Made by a program: the position numbers and the translations under genes
Assembly (NCBI RefSeq): GCF_004010195.1
Contig: NW_025214255.1
Location: forward strand, 7,891 to 40,878
Source of the DNA: Chiloscyllium plagiosum
Taxonomy: Eukaryota
Length of the DNA stretch: 32,988 nucleotides
Reading direction: 5' to 3'
Part shown: positions 1-10,110 of the stretch, one piece after another
Numbering within the stretch: the stretch's first letter is position 1
Layout: the number at the start of each line of letters is the position of its first letter
The notes under the pieces: generated by a model
Database searches by the model: none
What the model saw: the letters and a program-made list of their open reading frames with translations, nothing else
Told to the model about the DNA's origin: nothing

Positions 1-287
1 TCCTGACCTGCAGTCTTCTTCTTGACCTCTCCGCCTCCACCCTACTCCGACCTATCACCCTCACCTTGACCTCTTTCCACCTATCACATTTCCAACGCCC
101 CTCCTCCAAGTCCCTCCTCCCTACCTTTTATCTTCTCCTGCTGAACACTCTCTGCTCATTCCTGAAGAAGGGCATGTGCCCGAAACGTCGAATCTTCTGT
201 TCCCTAGATGCTGCCTGACCTGCTGTGCTGTTCCAGCAATAAAGTTTCAGCTTTGATCTCCAGCGTCTGCAGACCTCACTTTCTCCT
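1..287 (+). mobile_element. Penelope-like element (PLE) 3' tail, cut by the window start
   Basis: C/T-rich tract, hammerhead motif, then GATGCTGCCTGACCTGCTGTGCT..TCCAGC..GATCTCCAGCGTCTGCAG. A related tail follows the GIY-YIG ORF remnant at 21770-21870, and closer copies occur at 17840-17920 and 23315-23377. Confidence 0.75.
158..193 (+). ncRNA. Minimal type I hammerhead ribozyme motif (PLE-type)
   Basis: attc-CTGAAGA(162-168)-A-GGGC atgt GCCC-GAAA(182-185)-C-GTC-gaat. Core CUGANGA and GAAA are present, stem II is GGGC/GCCC, stem I is ATTC/GAAT, ACGT palindrome replaces stem III, and the GUC cleavage triplet is at 187-189. Confidence 0.75.
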
Positions 288-671
288 CTGTGTCTGATCT
301 CAATGGCAAGGTCAGACAGCAGTGTATGAGCCTGGCTGAGAGAGAAAATGAGCAGAAAATGTGAGCCAAAGCAATGGGAGGAGGGATACTTAAGCATCCA
401 GGTTGGCTCTGAGTGAGTACGTGCTCTGAGAGTAAGTGGAGAGTCTGGAGATGCAGCCTGGTCCAGTCCATGAGCTGGGTGTGTGGCCCTGAATGTACAG
501 GGTCCTTGCTGCAGCGTTACAATGAGAGTTGTCAGTGCACACCAAGGGGCAGCATTGAAGTGCAGAAGAGTCCTGTAAGTGCCATCGACATATGATATTG
601 ACGCTGGCATGCGTCGGATGTCAATGTCTGTGGAGGTGGTGAACATGTGACTGATGCACATGGTGTGCCCT

Positions 672-995
672 GAGATTAGATTACATTCCCTACAATGTGG
701 AAACAGGCCCTTCAGCCCAACAAGACCACACCGACCCTCCGGAGAATAACCCACCCAGTTTGTTATACTTACTCCTAACTAATGCATCTAACACTATGGG
801 CAATTTAGCAAGGCCAATTCACCTGACCTGCACAGCTTTGGGCTGTGGGAGGAAACTGGAACACCCAGGGGAAACCAGCACAGACACAGGGAGAATGTGC
901 AAACTCCACACAGACAGTCGCCCAAGGCTGGAATTGAACCCGAGTTCCTGGATCTGTGAGGCAGCAGTGCTAACCACTGAGCCACCGTGCCGCCC
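672..995 (-). mobile_element. tRNA-derived SINE, HE1-type (elasmobranch)
   Basis: Minus strand starts GGGCGGCACGGTGGCTCAGTGGTTAGCACTGCTGCCTCAC (A box), has B box GGGTTCAATTCC, a CR1-like tail GAAGGGCCTGTTTCCACA and a terminal TAATC repeat. Homologous to 13296-13625. Confidence 0.9.
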
Positions 996-1417
996 ACACG
1001 GTGTTGGTGTCCGGTCTCCAACATGAAGGTCTTTCAGACCAAGTGGTGAGCTGCATCCACAAGGTACTCGCTCTGGTTTCCTTGTTGCATTTTCCCAAAA
1101 GATGAGCTTGTTTGTTGAGTTTGGGAAGATGTGAGGCTGAATATTAATGAGCTGAGTTGGGATGCTAACAAGGTGGTGTTTAGCCGTCACTAATGCCCAT
1201 CAATCCCCATCTCCCTGTTGCCCAGTGAGAGTTTCCACATGCCACTTATCAAAAACATGAAAGGTGGAGCAAGACCATCTTGATGTTTAGATGGGCCTCG
1301 CTGTACGAGTCACCTGATTCTGTCACATGACTTGCTATTGCCCACGTCACAAAGACCCCGATAAGATTCGCCCGAAATTTATTCCCACAACAACCTGAAA
1401 TGTACATACATTGGAAA

Positions 1418-1802
1418 CGCACACACTCCCTCATGGACAGACACACAACCCACACATAAAGACACACACACACATACACACAAATACAGACATATACACT
1501 CACACACACGCGCACACACAGACACACACGCACACCCACACAGATACGCATAAACATAAACAGACACCCATACACACACATGCACACAGACGCACACAGA
1601 CACAAATACACAAATAGAGACACAAACACTCATTAACACACACAGACACACATGCACAAACACACACGTGCACAGACACACATACTGACACATAAACACA
1701 CATGCAAGTACACACACTCAAACACGCACACACACACACAGAAACAGGAATACAGATGCACAAACAGACAGAGACGCACATAGGTTGACACGTGCAGACA
1801 CA
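1418..1802. repeat. Degenerate (CA)n microsatellite
   Basis: Interrupted CA/CACA/CAGA/CATA runs. These explain the C/V- and H/T-rich spurious ORFs. Confidence 0.95.
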
Positions 1803-2159
1803 TATTAGAGAAGAATGCATTTACCAAAACACAAGATGTAACTTACATATTACAGTTTAACTGCTGAGGATGCACATTTGGTAGACTGATTGACTTTACT
1901 GTTGTGGGTCTATGAATGACTGGAAATGGGAAATGTTTGGGTTTCCAGGAGAATCACTGGGCAGCTTTATGGAGATGTACCTTTTTGGTGGTGGAGATAG
2001 ATTCGGCCGTCTTGCTCAGTGCCCGAGTTGATTGGTTGTCCTGGCTGGGTCCTATTATTGATGTTAGAGGAATGGTCCCTGCAGTTCTGGTGGTTTCAGG
2101 ACGGCCTTTCCCCAGGTTAGTTCTTGGAGTAATAGCCCAAGTTTTCCATTGGCATGACA

Positions 2160-2412
2160 ACCAACAAGCAGGAAAAGCATATTTGGCTTCATCCTTACCA
2201 ATCTACCGTCTGCAGAAGCATCTGTCCATGATATTACCGATAAGAGTGACTACGGCACAGAGCTTGTGGAGACAAAGTCCCGCCTTTACATTGAGAATAC
2301 CCTCCATTGTGTTCTGTGGCACTATCACCGTGATAAATGGGATAGATCTGGCAACTCACGCCAGGGCATACCTGAGGCGCTATGGGCCATCAACAGAAGT
2401 GGCGTTATTTTC
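2160..2412 (+). mobile_element. Non-LTR retrotransposon (second family, jockey/L2-CR1 group), end of the APE endonuclease domain; piece 1 of 3
   Basis: Frame from 2161 reads PTSRKSIFGFILTNLPSAEASVHDITDKSDYGTELVETKSRLYIENTLHCVLWHYHRDKWDR, a decayed PTR..N.LDL.LTN...SDH endonuclease C-terminus. Confidence 0.7.
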
Positions 2413-2417
2413 GCAAA

Positions 2418-2930
2418 GGTAGGGATTTCAAGACTGGGGATATAATTTTAATGTGAAAGGGGAAAGATTTAAAAAGAGACAAGGGGTGACGTTTTTCACA
2501 CAGACTGGTTAGGGTGTGGAATGAACTTCCAGAGGAAGTGGTGGATGTGGGTACAGTTACAATATTTGAACAACATTTGGATAAGTAGAGGTCATTCTGT
2601 TATAGTGCGCAATTCATCAGTGCATATTCACTGTAACACAATTAACAAATTGGGGATGTTGTTTCTGAAGCACAAACTTTCAAAACGTGTGTTGTCTATC
2701 ACGCGATTACATCATCAACACTTTAAGCTCTGTAGGGTTTTCCGATAACGCAGATTTACACAAGAACGTAATCATCAAAATAAAGAAGAACTGACTGTAC
2801 ATGAATAAGAAATATTTAGAGGAATCTGGGCGAGGCCTAGTCAAATAGGACTAATTTAACTTGGGATCATGGTTGGCATGAACTGGTTGGACCAAAGGGT
2901 CTGTTTCTGTTCTGTGTGATTCTCTGACTC
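2418..2930 (+). mobile_element. CR1 LINE 3'-end fragment, inserted in the other LINE and split by a MITE
   Basis: Matches the 3' ends of the CR1 copies at 13630-13917 and 31630-31913 (TTTTTCACACAG..GTGTGGAATGAACTTCCAGAGGAAGTGGTGGA..GGACCAAAGGGTCTGTTTCTGT). Confidence 0.85.
2588..2797. mobile_element. Non-autonomous Tc1/mariner/pogo-type MITE (~210 bp)
   Basis: Interrupts the CR1 sequence GGATAAG-TA-CATGAATA with TA on both sides (2586-2587, 2798-2799). Imperfect terminal inverted repeats: GAGGTCATTCTGTTATA versus AAAGAAGAACTGACTG. Confidence 0.6.
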
Positions 2931-2931
2931 C

Positions 2932-3226
2932 ACTCCAGCACAATCTGTCACCTCATTTCCCAGAATATTCCCAGTCAACAATTACCATCAAGTCAAGGCA
3001 TCAATCATGATTCAATGGAGAGTGCAGGAGGGCACCAGGTATATCTCAAAATGAGATGTCAGCCTGGTGAGGCTATCAAACGGGATTGCTTGCATGTTAC
3101 ACAGCATCAGAGCCAGTGATAGACAGAACTAAACAATCCCATAAACAATGGATCTGATCTATTCTCTCTGGCCTGCCAGATCCTGTCATGAATAATGGTG
3201 GGCAATTAAATAACTCTTTCGAGGAG
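2932..3226 (+). mobile_element. Second-family LINE ORF2 remnant, piece 2 (region after the endonuclease)
   Basis: Decayed reading STICHLI..NIP..TITIKS..QS*FNGECRR..YLKMRCQPGEA, continuing 2160-2412 after the CR1 insertion. Contains the typical PWFN-like linker motif in decayed form. Confidence 0.6.
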
Positions 3227-3606
3227 NNNNNNNNNNNNNNNNNNNNNNNNNNNNNNNNNNNNNNNNNNNNNNNNNNNNNNNNNNNNNNNNNNNNNNNNNN
3301 NNNNNNNNNNNNNNNNNNNNNNNNNNNNNNNNNNNNNNNNNNNNNNNNNNNNNNNNNNNNNNNNNNNNNNNNNNNNNNNNNNNNNNNNNNNNNNNNNNNN
3401 NNNNNNNNNNNNNNNNNNNNNNNNNNNNNNNNNNNNNNNNNNNNNNNNNNNNNNNNNNNNNNNNNNNNNNNNNNNNNNNNNNNNNNNNNNNNNNNNNNNN
3501 NNNNNNNNNNNNNNNNNNNNNNNNNNNNNNNNNNNNNNNNNNNNNNNNNNNNNNNNNNNNNNNNNNNNNNNNNNNNNNNNNNNNNNNNNNNNNNNNNNNN
3601 NNNNNN
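3227..3606. other. Assembly gap (380 N)
   Basis: Run of N. Confidence 1.
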
Positions 3607-3669
3607 GTCCTTATGGACATGCTGAATTTCCTAAGCCACAGACCTTACAGTGACAAAACAAGCTAAATA

Positions 3670-3867
3670 TGTTTAATATTACATTCCATGGCACTGCAAT
3701 CCTGTTGCTATAAAGTCTGTCTCTTATGATTCTGCTCCACAACCACCTGATGAAGAAGCAGCGCTTCGAAAGCGAGTGATTCCGAATAAACCTGTTGGAC
3801 TGTAACCTGGCGTTGTGTGATTTTTAACATTGTCCACCCCAGTCCAACACCGGCATCTCCACATCAT
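3670..3867 (+). mobile_element. PLE-type 3' tail of a second family, with a hammerhead motif
   Basis: Hammerhead motif at 3744-3778 followed by AATAAA and CCTGTTGGACT..AGTCCAACA (inverted repeat). No PLE ORF is visible next to it because of the gap. Confidence 0.55.
3744..3778 (+). ncRNA. Minimal type I hammerhead motif, cleavage triplet probably mutated
   Basis: cac-CTGATGA(3747-3753)-A-GAAGC agc GCTTC-GAAA-G-CGA-gtg. Stem II is a perfect 5 bp and stem I is CAC/GTG, but the triplet CGA is not NUH. Confidence 0.6.
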
Positions 3868-3869
3868 AA

Positions 3870-4580
3870 GGAACAAGAGTCATTCTTGTGCCTTCTTGAC
3901 CATTGCATCTACATGGAAGGTTCAAGACAGACTGTTGGTTATTGTCACTCCTAGGAACTGGACGCTCTCGACCCTGTCCACCTCAGCTCTGCTGATGTAG
4001 ATAGGGGCGTGTCCACCTCCTTTCTTCCTGAAGTCAATCATCAGTTCTTTAGTTTTGCTGACATTGAGAGAGAGACTGTCACCTTTGCACCATGACAACA
4101 AGCTCTCTATCTGCTTCCTGAGTCCTGACTCAACATTGCCTACCACGGTGGTGTCATCATTAAAGTTGTAGTTGGTACTTGTGCAGAATTTGGCCACATA
4201 GTTGTGGGTGTACAGGGAGTACAGTAGGGGGCTGAGAACACATCCCTGTGGGGCGCCAGTTTTGAGGAGTATTGTGGAGGCCATGATGTTGTCTATCTTC
4301 ACTGATTGCGATCTATGGATCAAGAATCTGAGGATCCAGTTGCGGAGGGCGGAGTTGAGGCCTAGGACTTGGAGTTTTGAGGTTAGTCTGGTCAGGATTA
4401 TGGTGTTGCAGGCGAAGCTGTAGTTAATGAGTAGGAGCCTAATGCCAGTATCTTTGTTGTCCAGATGTTTCAGGGATGATTGCAGCGCCAGGGAGATGGC
4501 GTCCACCATGGACCTGTTTCTCCAGTCGGCAAACTGCAGGGGAACGAAGCAGGTTGGAAGGCTAGAGATTATGTGGGTCA
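3870..4580 (-). mobile_element. Rex1/Babar-like LINE reverse transcriptase fragment
   Basis: ORF 3922..4944 contains PLQFA..RNRSMVDAISLAL, GAPQGCVLSPLLYSLYTH, NFNDDTTVVG (decayed FADD) and LSLNVSKTKELMIDFRK. The N-terminal ~120 aa of that ORF is antisense read-through of another LINE. Confidence 0.85.
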
Positions 4581-4589
4581 TGATCCATC

Positions 4590-5303
4590 TCTGACTCCTC
4601 CAAAGCTCTCCAGCGTCACAGATGTCAATGTTCAGCTGGTTGGATTCACTACATGCGATATCAAGAAACATTTGGAGGAATTCCAGCCACAGTGCTGAAG
4701 ACTTGTGCTCCAATACATGCCGTATACCTAGCCAAGCTGTTCCAGTACAATTACACCACGAGGAATACTGCAGCAAGCAACTAACTCCCAAAGACTGTCC
4801 ACCATCCACAAAGAACACGTCAAGAATGTGTTTGAATATTCCCGGAATGCCAGGATGGTGCACCTCCAACAATACCCAAGAGGCTTCACACATTCCTTGA
4901 TTGGCAGCACATCCAGAAACATCTGTTCTCTCTACCAATGACACTCAGTGGCAGCAATGTGGACTACCTACTGCAGAAATTCACCAAAGTTCCTCAGACA
5001 GCATCTTCCAAATTCATAACTGCTTCCTCTCGAAGGGCAAGAATAGTAGTATATGGGAACACAATCACTTTCAAGTTCACCTCCAATCCAGACGCCATCC
5101 TGAGTTGGAACTATCCCCTTTATTGTTGGTGGGTCAAAATTCTGGAATTCATTTCCTTAGGGCATTGTGGGTCAACCCTCAGTACAGGGACTGCAGTGGG
5201 TCAAGATGGCAGCTCACCACCACCTTCTCAAGGGCAACTAGGGACAGGCATTAAATACTGCACCCAGTCAGAGAGACACACATCCCGGGAGTGAATAAAG
5301 AAA
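4590..5303 (+). mobile_element. Second-family LINE, piece 3: RT start, internal deletion, and 3' end
   Basis: Reads ITDVNVQLVGFTTCDIKKHL..IPATVLKTCAP..LAKLFQY-like, jumps near 4770 to C-terminal ORF2 sequence, and ends CACATCCCGGGAGTGAATAAAGAAA. Confidence 0.65.
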
Positions 5304-5314
5304 CCTGCACAACC

Positions 5315-5635
5315 AACAAAGTACTTTAAAAATGAGTCATTGTTGTAATGTAGCAGTGAATCTGTACACAATGAGACCTCACATTCAACAATAAGAGAAA
5401 TGATCAAACAATCTGCTTTCAGTGATGGTGATTAGAGGATAAATATTAGCCAGAAGACCATGGATGACTTCACTGCTTGTCCTCAAAGGAGGGCTGTGGG
5501 AAATGTTACACCCAATGAGGAGCGTGGAGTGGTGTAGTGTTACCAGCTCATCTGAAGCGGAATTCTGTCAGCCTCAGTCATGTGCTTGATCACATGACCC
5601 TGTGATGCAGAGGTGAGAATATCACCACAGAGGAA
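5315..5635 (-). mobile_element. Old DeuSINE (SacSINE1-like) remnant
   Basis: Blocks GTCATTGTTGTAATGTAG, GGATAAATATTAGCCAG, TGTCAGCCT..TGTGCT and a decayed tRNA-like head (CAGAGGTGAGAATATCACCACAGAG) resemble the SacSINE1 consensus as I recall it. Not aligned computationally. Confidence 0.55.
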
Positions 5636-6841
5636 GACTATTACTTATAGTTAGTATAGACCTCGGAGGACAGAATTGTATCCAGTCGATTGATGTGAGT
5701 GCTTTGGAAATTTTTTCTATCACTTTTTGAAAATCACATTGACACATTGAATAATTGAAGAACTGGATACATTATGGCAATTCCCAATTTTTTTTTCTAA
5801 ATTTAGACTGAGCCAATGCATATACACATGTGTTTGTACAAGAGCTCAGCAGTTGAAACATATCTCTTGTGTAGTCTGCTATTAGTAAGGGATCAGTATA
5901 ATCATCAGGCTCATAAAATGTATCTGTAATTCTAGAAATGAAGAAAAAAGTAGTATATGGTATCCACAGCACGATGAAAGTGCCAGAAATGGTGAACAGT
6001 AAAGTGATGGATTTCCTTCGGCTCTGCATCTCTGGACCGTCGCTGTTCTGGGTTTTGCGTTGACCTTGCAGTGCTCTGCGGGTTCGATTCGCCATCACAA
6101 TGTGTCGGACAGTCAGCGCGTTGAGCAGTAAAATGAGAAAGTATGGCAATAGTGGGTTTAAAATTGTATCAAGCCAGTCAAAACTGATCCATCCTGGTAA
6201 GATAAAGTAGTCTGGTTTGAAATGACCTGTGATGCAGAGGTGAGAATATCACCACAGAGCAAGACTATTACTTGTAGTTAGTACAGACCTAGGAGGACAG
6301 AATTGTATTCAGTAGATTGATGTGAGTGCTTTGGAAATCACATTGAAAATCATATTGACACATTGAATAATTGAAGAACTGGATACATTATGGCAATTCC
6401 CAATTTTCTTTTCTAAATTTAGACTGAGCCAATGCATAGACACATGTGTTTGTACAAAAGCTCAGCAGTTGAAACATATCTCCCGTGTAGTCTGCTATTA
6501 GTAAGGGATCAGTATAATCATCAGGCTCATAAAATGTATCTGTAATTCTAGAAATGAAGCAAAAAGTAGTGTATGGCATCCACAGCACGATGAAAGTGCC
6601 AGAAATGGTGAGCAGTAAAGTGATGGATTTCCTTCGGCTCTGCATCTCTGGATCGTCGCTGTTCTGGGTGTTGCGTTGACCTTGCAGTGCTCTGCGGGTT
6701 CGATTCGTCATCACAATGTGTCAGACAGTCAGTGCGTTGAGCAGTAAAATGAGAAAGTATGGCAATAGTGGGTTTAAAATTGTATCAAGCCAGTCAAAGG
6801 TTATCCATCCCGGTAAGATAAAGTAGTCTGGTTTGAAATGA
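5594..6841. repeat. Tandem duplication, two units of ~620-630 bp (5594-6225 and 6222-6841)
   Basis: Units align end to end with roughly 25 substitutions and two indels by manual count. ATGA microhomology at the junction (6222-6225). Confidence 0.95.
5734..6225 (-). pseudogene. Duplicated 3' fragment (TM5-TM7) of the GPR139-like GPCR
   Basis: ORF 5772..6149: PYFLILLLNALTVRHI..RRKSITLLFTISGTFIVLWIP..QLLSSCTNTCVYALAQSKFR. Confidence 0.9.
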
Positions 6842-7089
6842 GCACCCCACTCCACATTGTTAATGATATCGATTGGCTCATAAGCAGAGGACAGGGGGAT
6901 GTTTTTGAAGCAGAACACAACACACCCAGTCACTACCACCACAGCTGCAGGTTCCTCCCATGTGGTAGATTATCACATTGGAAACAATGACCAGGAGATC
7001 AACTGTCGTCATACCCACCAAATAAAGAGTGATCCCTTTGGAGAGACCACAGCCTCCACGAATTAGAAGGACAATTGTCAGGAGGTTGG
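6350..7089 (-). pseudogene. GPR139/GPR142-like class A GPCR pseudogene, exon 2
   Basis: Acceptor tttgtag at 7090-7096, then (A)NLLTIVLLIRGGCGLSKGITLYLVGMTTVDLLVIVSNVIIYH. Near 6960 it jumps with a frameshift to AAVVVVTGCVVFCFKNIP (TM4), so TM3 and the DRY-type motif are missing. TGA at 6721-6723 and a probable frameshift in the A-run near 6405. Confidence 0.9.
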
Positions 7090-7589
7090 CTACAAAGTAA
7101 AGAGCAGAATCTCCAGGTTAATAACACAATGTGACTTGGAAGCTTGGGAATTAAACCAGGTTATTTGGTCCAATAGGTCGATGTTGAGATATACACTGCA
7201 CACGTGCTTCCTCCCACCGACTTCATCTTACAATATTGAGATATTATTTCTATTAGCCTTATGTTGTTACTGAGATTTCCCATCAGGCAAACTCACAAAT
7301 GTGTAGAAATATTGCACAGATTGGAAGGAAGCAAAATCTCTCTCAAACCAGAATTCCTTTACGGAGATAGATTGAGTGCATGTACCCCACCACTTTGCCT
7401 TATGCCAGTCTATAATGAGAAAGAAGGGTGGTGGGGTGGGAGGAGCTGCCCCCTTTGAACCTTGACTAATTTACATACACTGAGCTCATTGTGACCACAG
7501 TTGACCATTCAGGGATTCAGAGGTTGCACAAGCAAAGCTTTATGGGGAGAGGGCTTTGAGCATCAGAGTTCTGAGTTTTAATGATCACC

Positions 7590-8180
7590 CATGGTACTGA
7601 GCCTTTGTGCCTCTAGTTCTTTGTAAGCATTAGACTGAGATCTTTACAGTGGGCTGTAAGCTCCTGTACAACACGGTATGAAAGGGGGATCATTGGCAAA
7701 GGTTTGGTGTGCTCACACCTACATCACTTTCACCACAGTTGAGGTTCACCAGGTAGGAAGATGGCCACAGGGTTCAGGAATCTTGCTGGATTCTCAAAAC
7801 TGGAAGGTGTCATCGATTACAAGCATGTTGCTGTTGAGGTTTCAGTGAGACAATCAAGGCATTTGTAAATATTAAAGGGGTTCACTCGCTCAGTGTCCAA
7901 TTAGTCAGCAAGTATTGACTAAGGCTTCTCCAGGTATGGGTGTGTATTCCGGGGAGGGGTCTTGTCTCATACAACCTTCAACACCCCTCAGTTCCATAGT
8001 GGGCAATGGACCACAGCCATTGGAGAGATGGATTCTGGGAGGGATGGGCTGTCTATTGAAGAGATGGCTCATGCCCCAGTGAAATACAGGCGATCAGATG
8101 TTGAGTGACATTGCAATAAGATTCACACAAGTACCAAGGTGATCTGTCCAAAGCATTAACATCCTGCTGAACTCCACAAT
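7590..8180 (+). mobile_element. PIF/Harbinger transposase (HARBI1-like DDE nuclease) remnant
   Basis: From ~7785: AGFSKLEGVIDYKHVAV../FVNIKGVHSLSVQLVS..VCIPGRGLVSY, then WILGGMGCLLKRWLMP. These are decayed forms of G.IDCTHV, NRKGFHSINVQ.VCD, PGS.HD and LGD.GYPL..WLMTP. Confidence 0.85.
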
Positions 8181-8877
8181 GTCACCTCAAGACATGACCA
8201 GTGACAGGACCATTGTGTATATGGCCAATATTTGGCAGGTACTGAAAAGGATGCTGGGACACACACCATCAACAAGCCCTGGTTAGTAAACCCTCAAAAC
8301 AACATCCATCCCTAAGACCAGCCAAATGAACGACAGCAATAACTACACACCCATCCCCACGTGCATGTATTTAATGAAGGTTATAAGCAATACCGTTCCT
8401 GTAAAACCAAAATAAATTATTCCCCGTGTTCTCCCATATGGACTCTGTGATTTCTTACATTTTTCCTGCCTGCTGCACTGTAGCCTTCCCCATGTGCTGC
8501 CAGTGGTCCTGGAGGCAGGTGGCTGACTCTAATTTCCCTTTGTCTGGAATGGCCTTGGGGGTGGTCCTCTGTTTGGCTGAGTCTGTCTGGACCCTGACAT
8601 GGTGAGGCTCTCCTGCACAGTGTCAGGAACCTCCTTCATAACCATGCTCTCTGAAGTACTGGTGTCAGTGGCAGAGGGTAGAGGAGTAACTGTCCCCATC
8701 AGGAGTGCCCTGACAGGTACTTCCCGATGGTGACTGCACCTCCCCATGTCCCACTCTGAGGCTCACTTGGCCCTCCGTACTTTCCTGACAGAGGAACAAT
8801 GACCCAATGATGATTTCAGGTATCTTCATCCACTTTCATCTTGCAACTTGAATTCAGTGACAATGCAATGGATTGCA

Positions 8878-9330
8878 CTGACCCTAACCCTATCACTCAA
8901 CCTAATCCTCACCCTGACCTGAACTCTTGAGCTAACCCTAACGCTAACCTTAAACCAAACCTCTACACAAACCCTAACCCTGAACCTAAGCCGAATTCTA
9001 ACTGTAATAGTAAAGTTAACCTCAACACCATCCCTCACCTTAAAGCTAGCTGTCCCCAAGATCTTAACCCAAACCTGAACCCTAACTCTAACTCTAAACA
9101 CTCATCCGAACCTGAAACCAAAACCTAATTCTAACCATAATTGTAATCTGAACACAAATCTTTACTGTCATCCTAACCCTCAAATAAATCTAACCAAATA
9201 CGAGCCACAGCCTTAACCATAACACTAAACACTGGATCTATGCCTAATCCTAACCATAACCATAGACTTAACACTAACCCAAATCCGAGACCTAACCCTT
9301 ACCTAAGTCTAACTCCCAGCCTAATTCTAT
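8878..9330. repeat. Degenerate (CCCTAA)n-like hexamer array
   Basis: 6-bp periodicity of CCCTAA/CCCTGA/CTCTAA/CCATAA variants. The minus-strand ORF is (RV)n-like. Confidence 0.85.
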
Positions 9331-9799
9331 TACACATCAGCATGTATATTCCACAGCACCTGATTGATCAGCCTCCACCAGAGATTGGGATCTGCATGTG
9401 ACCATCCCCCCACCACCCACCCCTCAGCAGATGTGCACAAACCCAGCAAGATGTGATGCTTCATCAGACACAAGCCCAAAGCCCCTGTGTAGCTCCCTGT
9501 TCCCCCTCAGTGGGCAATGCTGCTCACTGAGGAGCGGTTACAGGGACCAACTGTTAATCTGTTATAAAGAAAGAGATTAATGATGATGACATCTTCATCT
9601 GTGATCATTTCCGAGGATACGTGCCCTCTCTGTGAAATCAGTTGAACAGAGTCACAAACGTCTCCATTTCAGAGGAGATGTCAACATTCTCCCTCTGCCA
9701 ATGGTGACAATATCTCCCTTCTTCTGCCCTTCCTTTCTGGAGTAAGCTTGGTCCCTGAGAAACTCACCTCATGTACACCCTCCTGCCCCCTCCTGCCCC

Positions 9800-10110
9800 T
9801 CAGCCTCCAGCCTCCCAGTGGGTCTCTAGTTGAGTGACCAACTGCAACATCTCCTCCTCCTCCATCAGAGTCAGTTTGGCCACGCCTCCACTGGTCCTCG
9901 TTCTCTCACTCAGCCTCTTGCAGCACGTCAACCACATTAAGCAAGACATGTCGACATCTACTGCCCACCTCTGCCAACTCTGCCCTATAACTGAGACACA
10001 GTGGAGGGCCCACTCCTCAGCTTTGGGCCTTCCCTGTACGGGGTGAATGATGACTCCACCTTGGCAAAGGGGTTTGTCAAAGAGGGCGCTGTCACGGGAG
10101 ACACCATGGT
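9800..10110 (-). mobile_element. Harbinger Myb/SANT-like partner gene remnant
   Basis: ORF 9800..10120 has KRLSERTRTSGGVAKLTLMEEEEMLQLV (compare N.RER..TGGG...LT..EE) and another frame gives RAELAEVGSR. It is convergent with the nuclease remnant. Confidence 0.55.

Noticed and set aside
128..754. 208-aa minus ORF
   Set aside because: It runs across a SINE tail, unassigned DNA and an antisense PLE tail, and has no recognisable domain.
290..1375. Possible further Harbinger remnant (ATAAGATTCGCCC near 1361-1374 resembles a terminus)
   Set aside because: No partner TIR, no TWA target duplication and no clear protein motif, so it is left unassigned.
1249..1827. Cys/Val- and His/Thr-rich ORFs
   Set aside because: Translations of the (CA)n microsatellite.
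1916..2422. 168-aa plus ORF
   Set aside because: The 3' half is an off-frame reading of a LINE endonuclease remnant, and the 5' half has no recognisable similarity.
3186..3625. Poly-X ORFs here and at 25191-25729 and 31196-31438
   Set aside because: Artefacts of N gaps.
5772..6714. Two separate tandem GPCR genes
   Set aside because: The left copy is only TM5-TM7 from a segmental duplication and has no 5' half or exon 1.
7165..7290. Possible very old CR1 3'-end remnant on minus
   Set aside because: Similarity is too short and decayed to support by eye.
8826..9101. Arg/Val-repeat ORF or a true telomere
   Set aside because: The ORF is the translation of a degenerate hexamer array, which is internal and far from perfect TTAGGG.
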